Part shown: piece by piece, positions 31,719-40,405 of the stretch
How the letters are laid out: the number at the start of each line of letters is the position of its first letter
Position numbering within the stretch: the first letter of the stretch is position 1
Virus record (IMG/VR): IMGVR_UViG_3300015209_000001
Location: 1 to 46,533 of that record
Length of the DNA stretch: 46,533 bases
Strand: one strand, 5' to 3'
Source: a virus
Notes under the pieces: generated by a model
What the model saw: the letters and a program-made list of their open reading frames with translations, nothing else
Database searches by the model: none
What the model was told of the DNA's origin: nothing
Made by a program: the position numbers and the translations under genes

Positions 31719-32825
31719 GGGGGCGGGGCTAATACAGGCCAACGCAATCGCTCTGCCATTGGCAGACGCGAGCGTGGACTTGATAATCACCTCGCCCCCG
31801 TGAGGCCTTACTTCGCCCTTCGCTCCTACCGCGACGCTGGCGAGCACTACGACGCTCAGATCGGTAGCGAGCCAACGCCACAAGCGTTTCTGGAGGCCCT
31901 GTGGTCCGTCCTGAGCGAGTGCTGGCGCGTGCTGAAGCCGACCGGCTCATGCTGGGTCAATCTCGGGGACAAGCGCAGCGGGAGCGGCGGGCACAACAAC
32001 GCCGGCATCTCGTCCAAGTCCACCCTGAGCGGCAATGGACACGTCGGCGGCGTGGGCAAGGCGGGCCCGACGAAGATCAAGGCCACGCTTCGCAACGCCC
32101 CCGACCGCTACAACCAGGCCGCCTTCGGTCGCACCAAGTCGAAGATGCTGCTCCCGCACCGCTTCGCCATCGGGTGCGAGGACGGGTTGGCCGACCCCGA
32201 GGGCATCGGGTGGATCGTGCGGCAGGACGTGGTGTGGAGCAAGAGAAATTCGCTTCCAGAATCAGTGACCGACCGGACCCGGGATAGTCACGAGTTTTGG
32301 TTTCATCTGACCAAGCAGGGGCGGTACTTCTCGGCGGTGGACGAAATCCGCCAGCCATCGGTGCCTCAGAACGGCCTAGCCGGCACGTTCAAGCGGCCCA
32401 AGCCCAGCCACGACCTTGTGCCGGGGCAGGCTGCTACCCAGCAGCGAGCAGAGCGCAACGGGGACGACGCCTACCACCCGAAGGGCGCCCTCCCTGGCTC
32501 AGTCTGGACCGTCGCCTCCGAGCCCCTACGCATCCCCGACGCGGTGAAGGCGCACTACGACCTGCCCGACCACTTCGCCGCCTTCCCGCAGGAACTTCCA
32601 CGGCGCATCATCCTCGGCTGGTCGCCGTCTGGCATCTGTGTGGAGTGTGGTGAGGGCCGACGTCCGGTGGTGATCCGAGAGTTCCACGGTGAGTTCAACG
32701 AGCAGGAAGCAGGAAGGCAACGTGAACGAGGCGTGGTGAGCGGGGCCGTCGACAAGGTGACGCTCGGCAGGACGGACGACGTGGAACGCACTATCACCGG
32801 CTACGCCTGCGCCTGCCCCCCGTGC

Positions 32826-33341
32826 GGGGATTGTTCTAGGACGCTAAGATTGTCCTATGACAAAACCGTGTCTCCAGTGCGGGTCACAGATAACCCTCGA
32901 CCACCTAAAAGTGAAGTGGGAGTCGGATCGTCTACGGGCGCTCAAGAAGGCTCGGTTTTGCTGCAAGGCATGTTCGAGTCGCTGGAACGCGGCACACCGG
33001 GCGTCAACGACGTATCGCCGGCTGACGACTCGCGGATACGTGGAACTGTGGAAGCCGAGTCACCCGATGGCGAACAAGGGCGGGTACATCATGGAGCACC
33101 GCTACTTGATGGCGGAGCACCTAGGGCGGCTCCTGACCTCGGCCGAGGTCGTGCATCACAGGAACGAGATCAAGACGGACAACCGGCTAGAAAACCTCGA
33201 AGTCCTGCAAAAGAAGGACCACGACCGCCGGCCGAAGCCGCTGCCGAAGCCGTTTCAGTGCCCTCACTGTCAGGGCTGGTTACAGACGTTCGGGAGCCAC
33301 AGCCGTGTCCGCACTGTCGTCCCGCTCCCACCAGAGCCAGT
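32826..33341 (+). mobile_element. Insertion carrying an HNH homing endonuclease inside the methyltransferase gene (free-standing or intron-borne)
   Basis: A lower-GC junction (gattgttctaggacgctaagattgtcctatgac) follows the methyltransferase sequence GYACACPP. Native methyltransferase sequence resumes near ..[18 protein letters not shown]. Boundaries are approximate. Confidence 0.5.
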
Positions 33342-33345
33342 GTGA
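32857..33345 (+). CDS. HNH homing endonuclease (HNH_3-type) with an N-terminal zinc ribbon
   Basis: [63 protein letters not shown]. Paralog of 30488-30883. Its frame differs from the methyltransferase frame. Confidence 0.85.
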   Translation: MTKPCLQCGSQITLDHLKVKWESDRLRALKKARFCCKACSSRWNAAHRASTTYRRLTTRGYVELWKPSHPMANKGGYIMEHRYLMAEHLGRLLTSAEVVHHRNEIKTDNRLENLEVLQKKDHDRRPKPLPKPFQCPHCQGWLQTFGSHSRVRTVVPLPPEPV

Positions 33346-33573
33346 TTCTTGATCCCTTTTCTGGAACCGGCACCGTCCCCGGAGTCGCCCGCCAGCTCGG
33401 CCGATTCGGCGTCGGCATCGACCTGAGCTTCGACTACCTGCGCCTGGCCCGTTGGTTTTTGGATGACGGCCGTAGGTTCTCAAAAACCAGCACGAGAACC
33501 GACCGGGAGCGCCAGGGCGTGCTCCTGTGACCCTGCCCGCCGCCGCCTGCGCCGCACCGCGTAACACGGCCTC

Positions 33574-33589
33574 CTAAGCCCACTACCCT
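33574..33589 (+). promoter_or_regulatory. Degenerate motif copy CTAAGCCCACTACCCT (-10 TACCCT)
   Basis: Intergenic. GTG 33597 of the small terminase follows 7 nt after the -10 (leaderless arrangement). Confidence 0.45.
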
Positions 33590-33596
33590 GTCCTGC

Positions 33597-34172
33597 GTGG
33601 CCCGCCCCCGAGGACAACCCAGCGTCATCGACTCCATCGTCGGCCACACCGCCCAAGGCGTGCCTATCACCGCCGCTGAGCGCATCCTCGACGCCATGCG
33701 AGCCGGCAACTACCTGGAGACCGCAGCCCATTCCTGCAAGATCACCAAGCAGAGCATCTTCGAGTGGCTCGGCGTCGGAGCCCAGGCCCATGCGATGCTC
33801 CATAGGGGCGAGAAGCTCACGGCCCATCAGAAACGTTGTAAGGATTTCTCTGACTCTGTAATGGAAGCAATGGGCATCGCCGAGGCCACTGACGTCGCTC
33901 GACTGGCCCAGCTGGCCCGTGGAGGACAGGAGATAACCACCACCACCACGAGGACTTTGACGGACGGAACCACCGAGACGACCGTGCGTAAGGAGTGGAC
34001 CCAGCCCGACGCCAAGGTGCTGATGTGGCGCCTGGAGCGACGGTTCGGGGACCGCTGGGGACGCCAGCGCATCGAGATCGGCCCCGTCACCCCCACGGAG
34101 CTCGCCGGCATCGAGGACGTCAAGCGCCTCCGCGACGAGTTGGCCCAGCGCCGGGGCATCACCGCGGGGTGA
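33597..34172 (+). CDS. terS: terminase small subunit
   Basis: HTH-like ILDAMRAGNYLETAAHSCKITKQSIFEWL. C-terminal VLMWRLERRFGDRWGR motif typical of small terminases. Lies directly upstream of the large terminase. Confidence 0.65.
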   Translation: MARPRGQPSVIDSIVGHTAQGVPITAAERILDAMRAGNYLETAAHSCKITKQSIFEWLGVGAQAHAMLHRGEKLTAHQKRCKDFSDSVMEAMGIAEATDVARLAQLARGGQEITTTTTRTLTDGTTETTVRKEWTQPDAKVLMWRLERRFGDRWGRQRIEIGPVTPTELAGIEDVKRLRDELAQRRGITAG

Positions 34173-35761
34173 ACGACCTCCTCGTCATCGACGACGAGCT
34201 ACTGGCCCTCGCCTCGCCCTCCGAGCTGTCGGCCTACCGGGCATGGCTGGAGGCCGAGTCCCTCGCCGACGCCGAGAGGGACCTGGAGGGCCTGGAGAAG
34301 GACTGGAAGCGGTGGCTGTGGGGCGTGTTCCCCCACCACGTTTCCGCCGGGTTTGCCCCTCACCACGAGGAGCTATGGCGGTGGGTCTGGAGCATTGAGG
34401 CAGGCCAGCCGGCTCACCCCTACGTCGCTGTGTGGGCCCGCGGTGCGGGAAAGAGCAGCACGGCAGAAATGGCCGTGGTCGCCCTCGGCGCCCGCAAGAA
34501 ACGCCAGTACGTCATCTGGTGCGGAGCGACCCAAGCCCAGGCGGATGACCACGTGCAGAACATCGCCGCCCTCCTGGAGGGCCCGGGCATCTCCCGCCTC
34601 TACCCAGCCCTGGCCACCCGCCAGCTCGGCAAGTACGGCAACTCCCGGGGGTGGAGACGCAACCGCCTGTGGACCTCCACGGGCTTCGTGGTCGACGCGC
34701 TGGGGCTCGACACCGCGGCCCGCGGGGTGAAGATCGAGGACCAGCGCCCGGACATGGCCCTGCTCGATGACCTGGACGAGGAGCACGACTCCAAAGCGGC
34801 GGTCGACCGCAAAGAAGCGACCCTGACCCGCAAGCTGCTGCCTGCGGGCACCGGGCACATGGCCGTGCTGGCGGTGCAGAACCTCGTGCACGTCGACTCG
34901 ATCTTCTCCCGCCTGGCCGATGGAAGCGCCGAGTACCTGGCCCGAAGGACGGTGAGCGGCCCCGTCCCCGCCATCGAGGGCCTGAGCACCCAGCGCAGAG
35001 AAGGGCGCAGCATCATCATCGCCGGCCGCCCGACGTGGGACGGCCAAGACCTCGACGCCTGCCAGCACGCCATCGACGAGTACGGCGAGAGCGCATTTCG
35101 CATCGAGGCCCAGCACGAGGTGAGCGTGCGGGCCGGGGGCATCTTCTCCCACCTGGAGTACGAGCACTGCGCCCCCGAGGACGTCCCCGAGCTGGTCCGG
35201 GTGGCGGTGTGGGTGGACCCGGCGGTCACCGACACCGACCAGAGCGACTCCATGGGCATCCAAGCCGACGGGCTGGGGGTCGACGGGCGGGTCTACCGCC
35301 TGCGCACCTACGAGCAGCGATCCTCCCCCCGCCTGGCCCTCGGCACGGCGATCCGGTGGGCCTACGACCTGGGGGCAGACACCGTTGGGGTGGAGACAGA
35401 CCAGGGAGGAGACACGTGGGCAAGCGTGTACCGCGAGGCGCTGGCGGATGTGGAGAAGCCCGAGGGGGCGCGCGCCCCTCGCTTCCGCTGGGAGAAGGCA
35501 GGCGCCGGCCACGGGCCCAAGGTGGCCCGAGCGATGAGGATGCTGGTGTTCTACGAGCGCAACCCCTCCGCCTTCGTCCACGTGCTCGGCTACCACACCG
35601 TGCTGGAGAACGCCCTCAACCGCTTCCCGCTGACCAAGCCGCATGACGCCGTCGACGCGAGCTACTGGGCCGCCCACGACCTGCTCGGCGGGATCAAGCG
35701 CAAGGTGACGGCCAACCCGAGCGCCCTGCGCCAGAGTGTGAGCATGTCGCACCGAGGATGA
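34169..35761 (+). CDS. terL: terminase large subunit
   Basis: GTGA overlap. Walker A VAVWARGAGKSSTAE. Walker-B-like MALLDDLDE. A C-terminal nuclease-like half. 530 aa. Confidence 0.9.
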   Translation: MNDLLVIDDELLALASPSELSAYRAWLEAESLADAERDLEGLEKDWKRWLWGVFPHHVSAGFAPHHEELWRWVWSIEAGQPAHPYVAVWARGAGKSSTAEMAVVALGARKKRQYVIWCGATQAQADDHVQNIAALLEGPGISRLYPALATRQLGKYGNSRGWRRNRLWTSTGFVVDALGLDTAARGVKIEDQRPDMALLDDLDEEHDSKAAVDRKEATLTRKLLPAGTGHMAVLAVQNLVHVDSIFSRLADGSAEYLARRTVSGPVPAIEGLSTQRREGRSIIIAGRPTWDGQDLDACQHAIDEYGESAFRIEAQHEVSVRAGGIFSHLEYEHCAPEDVPELVRVAVWVDPAVTDTDQSDSMGIQADGLGVDGRVYRLRTYEQRSSPRLALGTAIRWAYDLGADTVGVETDQGGDTWASVYREALADVEKPEGARAPRFRWEKAGAGHGPKVARAMRMLVFYERNPSAFVHVLGYHTVLENALNRFPLTKPHDAVDASYWAAHDLLGGIKRKVTANPSALRQSVSMSHRG

Positions 35762-35766
35762 GCGAC

Positions 35767-35782
35767 CTAACTGCGCTAGGGT
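35767..35782 (+). promoter_or_regulatory. Motif copy CTAACTGCGCTAGGGT (-10 TAGGGT)
   Basis: Intergenic. ATG 35790 follows 7 nt after the -10 (leaderless). Confidence 0.55.
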
Positions 35783-35789
35783 AACGCCC

Positions 35790-36104
35790 ATGACCACCCA
35801 CTTCTACGGCGATCGCTGCTTGGAGCCCCACGGGACCTGCACCCATGAGTCGGCGTCAGGCGTCGATCAGACGGAGGGCCCGGCCAAGGTGTGGTGCTGC
35901 GACGGCTGCGGTTGGCTGCACCGCTACGAGGTCAGAGATGGGATCAGCCGGGCCGTGAACGTCACGGTGCTGTCCCGGCGCCTCCTTCCATCCGACGCCG
36001 ACAACGAGGCCAGGGCGCTGCTGCCGCACCTCTTCCCCGACCGCACGTGGTCGGCGAGGATCACCGCCGAGGGGTTGGTGGAGTGGATGATCGAGGATGA
36101 GTAA
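35790..36104 (+). CDS. hypothetical protein (104 aa) with a CCDGCG motif
   Basis: Begins MTTH. High GC3. Confidence 0.5.
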   Translation: MTTHFYGDRCLEPHGTCTHESASGVDQTEGPAKVWCCDGCGWLHRYEVRDGISRAVNVTVLSRRLLPSDADNEARALLPHLFPDRTWSARITAEGLVEWMIEDE

Positions 36105-36309
36105 CGATCCCGACCGCTGGCACGCCACGCTGAAAAGGGAGAGCCGCTGGGGCTGGTGGATCGAGTACCACCGGGGCCGGGGCCTCCTGGAGGGCGACAC
36201 CCACTTCTGCTGGGGCTCCCGTGAACGGGCCGAGCGCCGAGCCCGACGAGGAGTCGCCAAGCGCCAACGCCGCGAGGACGCCCGCCAGGTAGTCGAGGTG
36301 TGGCCGTGA
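36097..36309 (+). CDS. basic hypothetical protein (70 aa)
   Basis: ATG overlaps the upstream 3' end by 8 nt. Confidence 0.45.
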   Translation: MSNDPDRWHATLKRESRWGWWIEYHRGRGLLEGDTHFCWGSRERAERRARRGVAKRQRREDARQVVEVWP

Positions 36310-36596
36310 GCCCCCTCGTCCTGTGGCTCCTCGCCTCCTTCGCGTCATGGCGGATCGCCCACCTCATCGCCCGCGACTCCTTCCCCCCCACCCTTGCCCT
36401 GCGGCGGTGGAGGATTCGCAAGAGCCCCACCGGCTTCGTGACCACCCTGCTCGCCTGCCCCCTGTGCGTCTCGGCCTACTCCGCGGGGGCGGTGCTGGGG
36501 GGCATGGCGGTCGCGGGGTACTCGGTGCCTGCTCCTGGGCTGCTGTGGCTGGCTACGTGGGGCGGGGCCAGCTTCATCGTGCTCGCCGTCGAGTAG
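36306..36596 (+). CDS. DUF1360-like membrane protein
   Basis: GTGA overlap. WLLASFASWRIAHLIARD...LLACPLCVSAYSAG resembles the DUF1360 layout (recalled). Confidence 0.5.
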   Translation: MSPLVLWLLASFASWRIAHLIARDSFPPTLALRRWRIRKSPTGFVTTLLACPLCVSAYSAGAVLGGMAVAGYSVPAPGLLWLATWGGASFIVLAVE

Positions 36597-37298
36597 CTAC
36601 CGCCCCCGCTTCAGGGTGGAGTCGCAGCGTGAGCAGTAGTCCCCGACGGGGGTTGGGTGGCGGCAGTCCTTTGGGTCGACGCGGTTGGCATCGCGCCGGT
36701 CCTTGGCGTTCGTCCCCGTCGGCCGAGTCAAGGGGACGACGCCTGCCCCCTTGCACGTTGGGCACGTGCGCTGGTCGTCGCGCGGCGGCTGAACAGACGC
36801 CACCGGGTGATGGTTGGGCGGTTGGTAACCCTCATCGGGGGCCGCTGGCGTTGGTTCATCCCTGGGCGCCGCCGCCTCCGGTGAGGAAGGAAGGGCAGGC
36901 GGCCGCTTGTCGCGCTGCGCGGTAAGCGGTGGTTCTCGCCCCCGGCGGGCTCGTTGAACTTCCGTCCGCTTTGACGGCGGGGCGAGGTGTTCCGCCCTCT
37001 CGGCAGCCGTTCGCCACCGGGTCAACGTCTTGTCCCCCACGCCGACCTCTCTGGCAATCCGGGCGAGTGCCGTCCCGTAGGCGCCGTCTGGAAGCCCCAC
37101 CCTCATTGACCAAAGATGAAGGCCCACCGCCCGCCGCATTTCAACCGTGCGAGCCTCGGCAAGAACGAGCAGGGGAGCCTTCTCGATCAGCCACGCCTCG
37201 CTCTGCTCCGGGGTGTAGGCGTCTAGGTCCTGAGCGGTGAGCGTCTTGACATCGGGGATGGAGAGTTGGATATCAGGAAGGCTCACGGCACCAGCCAT
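36597..37298 (-). CDS. HTH DNA-binding protein with a C-terminal CxxCxGxG / CxxC zinc module (233 aa)
   Basis: GAYGTALARIAREVGVGDKTLTRWRTAAE HTH. Pro/Arg-rich linker. TCPTCKGAG and CSRCDS. Visibly lower GC3 than neighbouring genes. Alternative GTG starts at 37304 and 37316. Confidence 0.6.
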   Translation of the reverse strand: MAGAVSLPDIQLSIPDVKTLTAQDLDAYTPEQSEAWLIEKAPLLVLAEARTVEMRRAVGLHLWSMRVGLPDGAYGTALARIAREVGVGDKTLTRWRTAAERAEHLAPPSKRTEVQRARRGREPPLTAQRDKRPPALPSSPEAAAPRDEPTPAAPDEGYQPPNHHPVASVQPPRDDQRTCPTCKGAGVVPLTRPTGTNAKDRRDANRVDPKDCRHPTPVGDYCSRCDSTLKRGR

Positions 37299-37606
37299 GT
37301 CCACTCGCCGTCCCACAGATGGGACCGCTTCGGCTGCCAGATGGATCGACCTCCCGACAGTGAGTCTCCATCGTGGAGCTTGTACAGAAGCCGACGAGCA
37401 ACCTCTTCGGGGTGGGCGAGGCTTTGGTCGAAGGTAACTTGAACGGTGACGGTCACCGTCCGGGGGTTCGGGGGTGCAACCTGACCTTCCTCAATCGCCT
37501 GAGCGCGGAACAGAACCCAGTCTGAGTCGTAGTCCTCCCTGCTCGGCTTCGGGTACGCCGCCTCGTAGATTCTGTCGCCTCGCTGGTTGATTACGCTGTC
37601 GCTCAT
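37283..37606 (-). CDS. hypothetical protein (107 aa), first gene of the reverse cassette
   Basis: AAGGAGG lies 6 nt upstream of ATG 37606. Its stop overlaps the downstream ATG region. No recognisable motif. Confidence 0.55.
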   Translation of the reverse strand: MSDSVINQRGDRIYEAAYPKPSREDYDSDWVLFRAQAIEEGQVAPPNPRTVTVTVQVTFDQSLAHPEEVARRLLYKLHDGDSLSGGRSIWQPKRSHLWDGEWTWLVP

Positions 37607-37636
37607 CGTCTGCCTCCTTGCTAGGTGGATGGTCAC

Positions 37637-37665
37637 GCCTCCCGGCCCGCAACGGCGCGGGAGGC
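37637..37665 (-). promoter_or_regulatory. 8-bp GC hairpin (GCCTCCCG-N13-CGGGAGGC) in the leader of the reverse cassette
   Basis: Read directly. Lies between palindromic GCTAGC-centred -10-like boxes (TAGCCT on +, TAGCGT on -, about 37679-37689) and the RBS of 37606. Confidence 0.3.
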
Positions 37666-37816
37666 ATCTTTCGTCTACACGCTAGCCTTCGCCTCCGGCG
37701 GGAGGTCGCTGTGCGATGCTCCTCGGCTCCGTGCTCCAGTTCCGCTGGACGGCCTCCTGCCCCACTTGTGACACCCCCCCGTAGGATGACAAGGTGACCG
37801 CTGCGGCTGCGCGCTG

Positions 37817-39436
37817 ATGGCCCTGTTCGGTCGCCGCGCTCCCCGCCGGTCCTCTCTGACCGCGGCAGCCATGGCCTATGACGCCTCGGTCCCTGCTCCT
37901 CGCATCTCCAAGCGGGGGTGGCAGGCCGACGTGTGGGACTACCGCAAGATGGTTCCCGAGCTGGGGTACTCGGCGCGCTTCGTGGCCAACGCCTTCCGGA
38001 GGATTCGCTTCGTGATCGCGCTGGAGGACGACGACGGCCAGCCCATGGCGGCGCGGGACGGGGACGGCATCGCGGTGTCTCCAATCGTGGAGGAGGCCCA
38101 GGTTGTCCTCCGCCAGTTCCGCTCGCCCATCGGCGGGCCCTCTGCGCTCTACGCCGGCCTGGCGGCCAAGCAGTGGGTGACCGGGGAAGCCTTCGCCGCG
38201 CCCAGCGAGCGGGACGGCCTGATCGTCGGCTACGACGCTCTCTCCACCTCCGAGATCGTCACCAAGGGGACGTGTCGCACCGAGGATGGGGAGTTCGCCG
38301 CCTTCGGACGGTTGCGCGGCCCCAACTCCCAGCCGGTGATGTATCCCTGCGGGACGGTGCCGATCCGGTTCTGGACGCCCGACGACGAGTACGGCGAGGA
38401 GCCCGACTCCTGCGTGCGGCCCTTGATCGAGCTGCTGGAGGTGATGGTGCTGCTCACCCGGGCCATGCGAGGAGCGGCGCTGTCCCGGCTCCACTCCGGC
38501 ATCATCCTCGTCCCCGACGAGCTGTCGTTCCCCCCCCTGCCCGACATCCCCGACGAGGACGCCTTCCAGGCTTTGCTGGTCGAGGCGTTCTCCGCCCCCA
38601 TCCAGGACAAGGCCGCCGCCGCCGCATTCACCCCCTTCGCCCTGACCGGGCCGGCGGATTTGATCGACAAGGTGCGACACCTGGACCTGTCCAAGGTCAC
38701 CGACGCCACGGTGCTGATGGCGCTGAGGATGCAAGCGACGACCCTGTTCGCACAGGGTGTGGATTTGCCTGTGGAAACTGTCACGGGCCATTCCAACACG
38801 ACCTACGCCAACGCCCTCCAGGTGTCGGCCGATGTCTACCAACAGCATTTGGAACCCCTGGCGCTGGGCATCGGAGACGGGGTGGCCTCCGCGTTCCTGC
38901 GCCCCCTGCTCGACGGACGGCCTGACGCTGAGCGGGTCCTGGTCATCCCCGAGCCCTCCGGGCTGGTCTCCCGCCCGGACAACTCCGCTGACGTGCTGGA
39001 GGCCTACAAGGTCGCGCCCACGGCCATCTCCAACGCCACCCTCATCGACGCCCTCGGCCTGCCCGAGAACCCCCCCTCGCCCGAGGAGCTTGACCAGCGC
39101 ATCTCGGTAGCCAACGCCATGGGATCGACCCAGCCGCCGAGCATGACCGCGGCGGTGGACGTGGCCGTGCAGCGAGCGGTATCCGCGGCGGGGGCACGGC
39201 TGCGCTCGCGGCTCAACGGCAAGCCCGAAGCCCTGACCCTCGCAGGCGTGCCCAACGACAAGGTGCCCGCCGCCCTGGGCCCGGCGAGAGTCGCCGCCCT
39301 GTCGGCGTCGGGCTCGCTGATCGCCGGGGAGTTCGCCGCCCTCGCTGAGGTGATCGGTCGCACGCACGGTCCCGAGGCGGCGCGCCAGGCGTGCGCGCAG
39401 GCCGAGGCCCGGGCCCTGGCCCTAATCGGCGGCTGA
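37817..39436 (+). CDS. portal protein
   Basis: 539 aa. First large + strand gene after the terminase and followed by a MuF-like gene. Size and position are typical. No motif checked. Confidence 0.75.
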   Translation: MALFGRRAPRRSSLTAAAMAYDASVPAPRISKRGWQADVWDYRKMVPELGYSARFVANAFRRIRFVIALEDDDGQPMAARDGDGIAVSPIVEEAQVVLRQFRSPIGGPSALYAGLAAKQWVTGEAFAAPSERDGLIVGYDALSTSEIVTKGTCRTEDGEFAAFGRLRGPNSQPVMYPCGTVPIRFWTPDDEYGEEPDSCVRPLIELLEVMVLLTRAMRGAALSRLHSGIILVPDELSFPPLPDIPDEDAFQALLVEAFSAPIQDKAAAAAFTPFALTGPADLIDKVRHLDLSKVTDATVLMALRMQATTLFAQGVDLPVETVTGHSNTTYANALQVSADVYQQHLEPLALGIGDGVASAFLRPLLDGRPDAERVLVIPEPSGLVSRPDNSADVLEAYKVAPTAISNATLIDALGLPENPPSPEELDQRISVANAMGSTQPPSMTAAVDVAVQRAVSAAGARLRSRLNGKPEALTLAGVPNDKVPAALGPARVAALSASGSLIAGEFAALAEVIGRTHGPEAARQACAQAEARALALIGG

Positions 39437-39437
39437 G

Positions 39438-39605
39438 ATGCGCATCGAGGAGCTGTTCACCTGCGACGACGCGTGCGTGTACTGCCGCGGGTGCGGGCAC
39501 GTCTGCGAGGCTCATCCCCTGGAGCCGTGGGGCGGAGTGGACGAGAGCGGCTGCCAGTGCGGGGCGCCGGGGATGCCGTGCCGACCTGATCGACGCAGGC
39601 TGTGA
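39438..39605 (+). CDS. 55-aa Cys-rich peptide
   Basis: ATG 1 nt after the portal stop. GTGA overlap with the next gene. CDDACVYCRGCGHVC..CQCG..C. Confidence 0.4.
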   Translation: MRIEELFTCDDACVYCRGCGHVCEAHPLEPWGGVDESGCQCGAPGMPCRPDRRRL

Positions 39606-40360
39606 TCCCCGCCCTCAACGGCAGGCGCACCATCGCCGCCTACCGGATGGCGCGGTGGGAGCTACGCCTTCGTCGAGCCCTGCGCGCCGCCATCAAGGTC
39701 CAACAGCACGCCCTGGAGGCCCGCCTGCGCTCCCGCACGGCCTCGGTGCCCCCCTGGGACGACGGCGAGTGGAACGACGACCTGGACGAGGTGGGGGATG
39801 TGGTGCGCTCCATCCTGAGCGAGGCCGCGGTGGTCGCTGTCCACAAGCTGGGCAAGGACGCCCTGGTCCTGTCCTCGGTGGAGGACGCCCTTCGCGCCCG
39901 CATCGCCCGCTTCTCCGATCAGGTGCGGGGCCTGTCGAGCCACCTCGTGCCCCGGCTGGAGAGCGAGCTGGCGACGGGGCTGGCTCACGGTGAGTCCGTG
40001 GACGCCCTCGTAGCGCGGGTGCAGGAGGTGTTCGTGCGGGTGGAGCACCAGCAGCGGACCTTGGTCAGGACGTGGGTGGTGGGTAGCTCCAACCAAGCCG
40101 CCTTCGAGGCCGGGGACGCCCTTGTTCAGGCAGGGGAGGATGCCCTGGATCGGGTGTGGCTGAGCGCCGGCAACGACGGAAGAACCCGGCCTGACCACGC
40201 TGAGGCTGACGGCCAGAGGGTCGGTCCTGGTGAACCCTTCATCGTGGGCGGCGAGGAGCTGATGTGGCCAGGAGACCCGGATGGCTCGCCGGAGCAGGTC
40301 ATGAATTGCCGGTGCGTCACGCTGAGCCTCGCCCCCGATGAGGAGATAGCGCCCGCCTAG
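39602..40360 (+). CDS. MuF-like / SPP1 gp7-like head morphogenesis protein
   Basis: WLSAGNDGRTRPDHAEADGQ...PGDPDGSPEQVMNCRCV is the Phage_Mu_F signature (..R..H...dG.......P.....NCRC). Confidence 0.75.
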   Translation: MIPALNGRRTIAAYRMARWELRLRRALRAAIKVQQHALEARLRSRTASVPPWDDGEWNDDLDEVGDVVRSILSEAAVVAVHKLGKDALVLSSVEDALRARIARFSDQVRGLSSHLVPRLESELATGLAHGESVDALVARVQEVFVRVEHQQRTLVRTWVVGSSNQAAFEAGDALVQAGEDALDRVWLSAGNDGRTRPDHAEADGQRVGPGEPFIVGGEELMWPGDPDGSPEQVMNCRCVTLSLAPDEEIAPA

Positions 40361-40405
40361 GACGGCACACCCTACCTGCGCCGTGTCACGCGTACGATTC
40401 CGCGC

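Larger units (their letters stand above)
31705..33530 (+). pseudogene. beta-class N4/N6 DNA methyltransferase, disrupted twice: 8-nt insertion with a stop inside motif IV, and a nested HNH gene before motif I
   Basis: Frame 1 reads MKGG..LPLADASVDLIITSPP then stops at TGA 31801-31803. Frame 0 continues (V)RP-YFALRSYRD..IGSEPTP..RVLKPTGSCWVNLGDK. Motif [12 protein letters not shown], lies at 33342 onward. Deleting 31801-31808 restores SPPYFALRSY. Confidence 0.7.

Noticed and set aside
31795-31803. Programmed -1 frameshift on the CCCCC run before the TGA in the methyltransferase gene
   Set aside because: A slip would give SPPVRPYF, which destroys the invariant aromatic residue of motif IV. Deleting 8 nt restores a perfect SPPYFALRSY. 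Disruption is therefore the simpler reading, although the frameshift cannot be excluded without expression data.
37682-39367. 561-aa minus-strand ORF opposite the portal gene. Similar long antisense ORFs: 39662-41215, 34373-35797, 15336-16787, 2605-4038, 5963-6997 and 7726-8787.
   Set aside because: Same reasoning: antisense shadows of strong + strand genes, with Arg/Gly/Pro-rich composition and no start context.
39421-39437. Weak motif-like string CTAATCGGCGGCTGAGAT just before the 55-aa Cys-rich ORF
   Set aside because: It needs indels to align with the 16-nt motif, and its 3' hexamer TGAGAT is not of the TAnnnT form.
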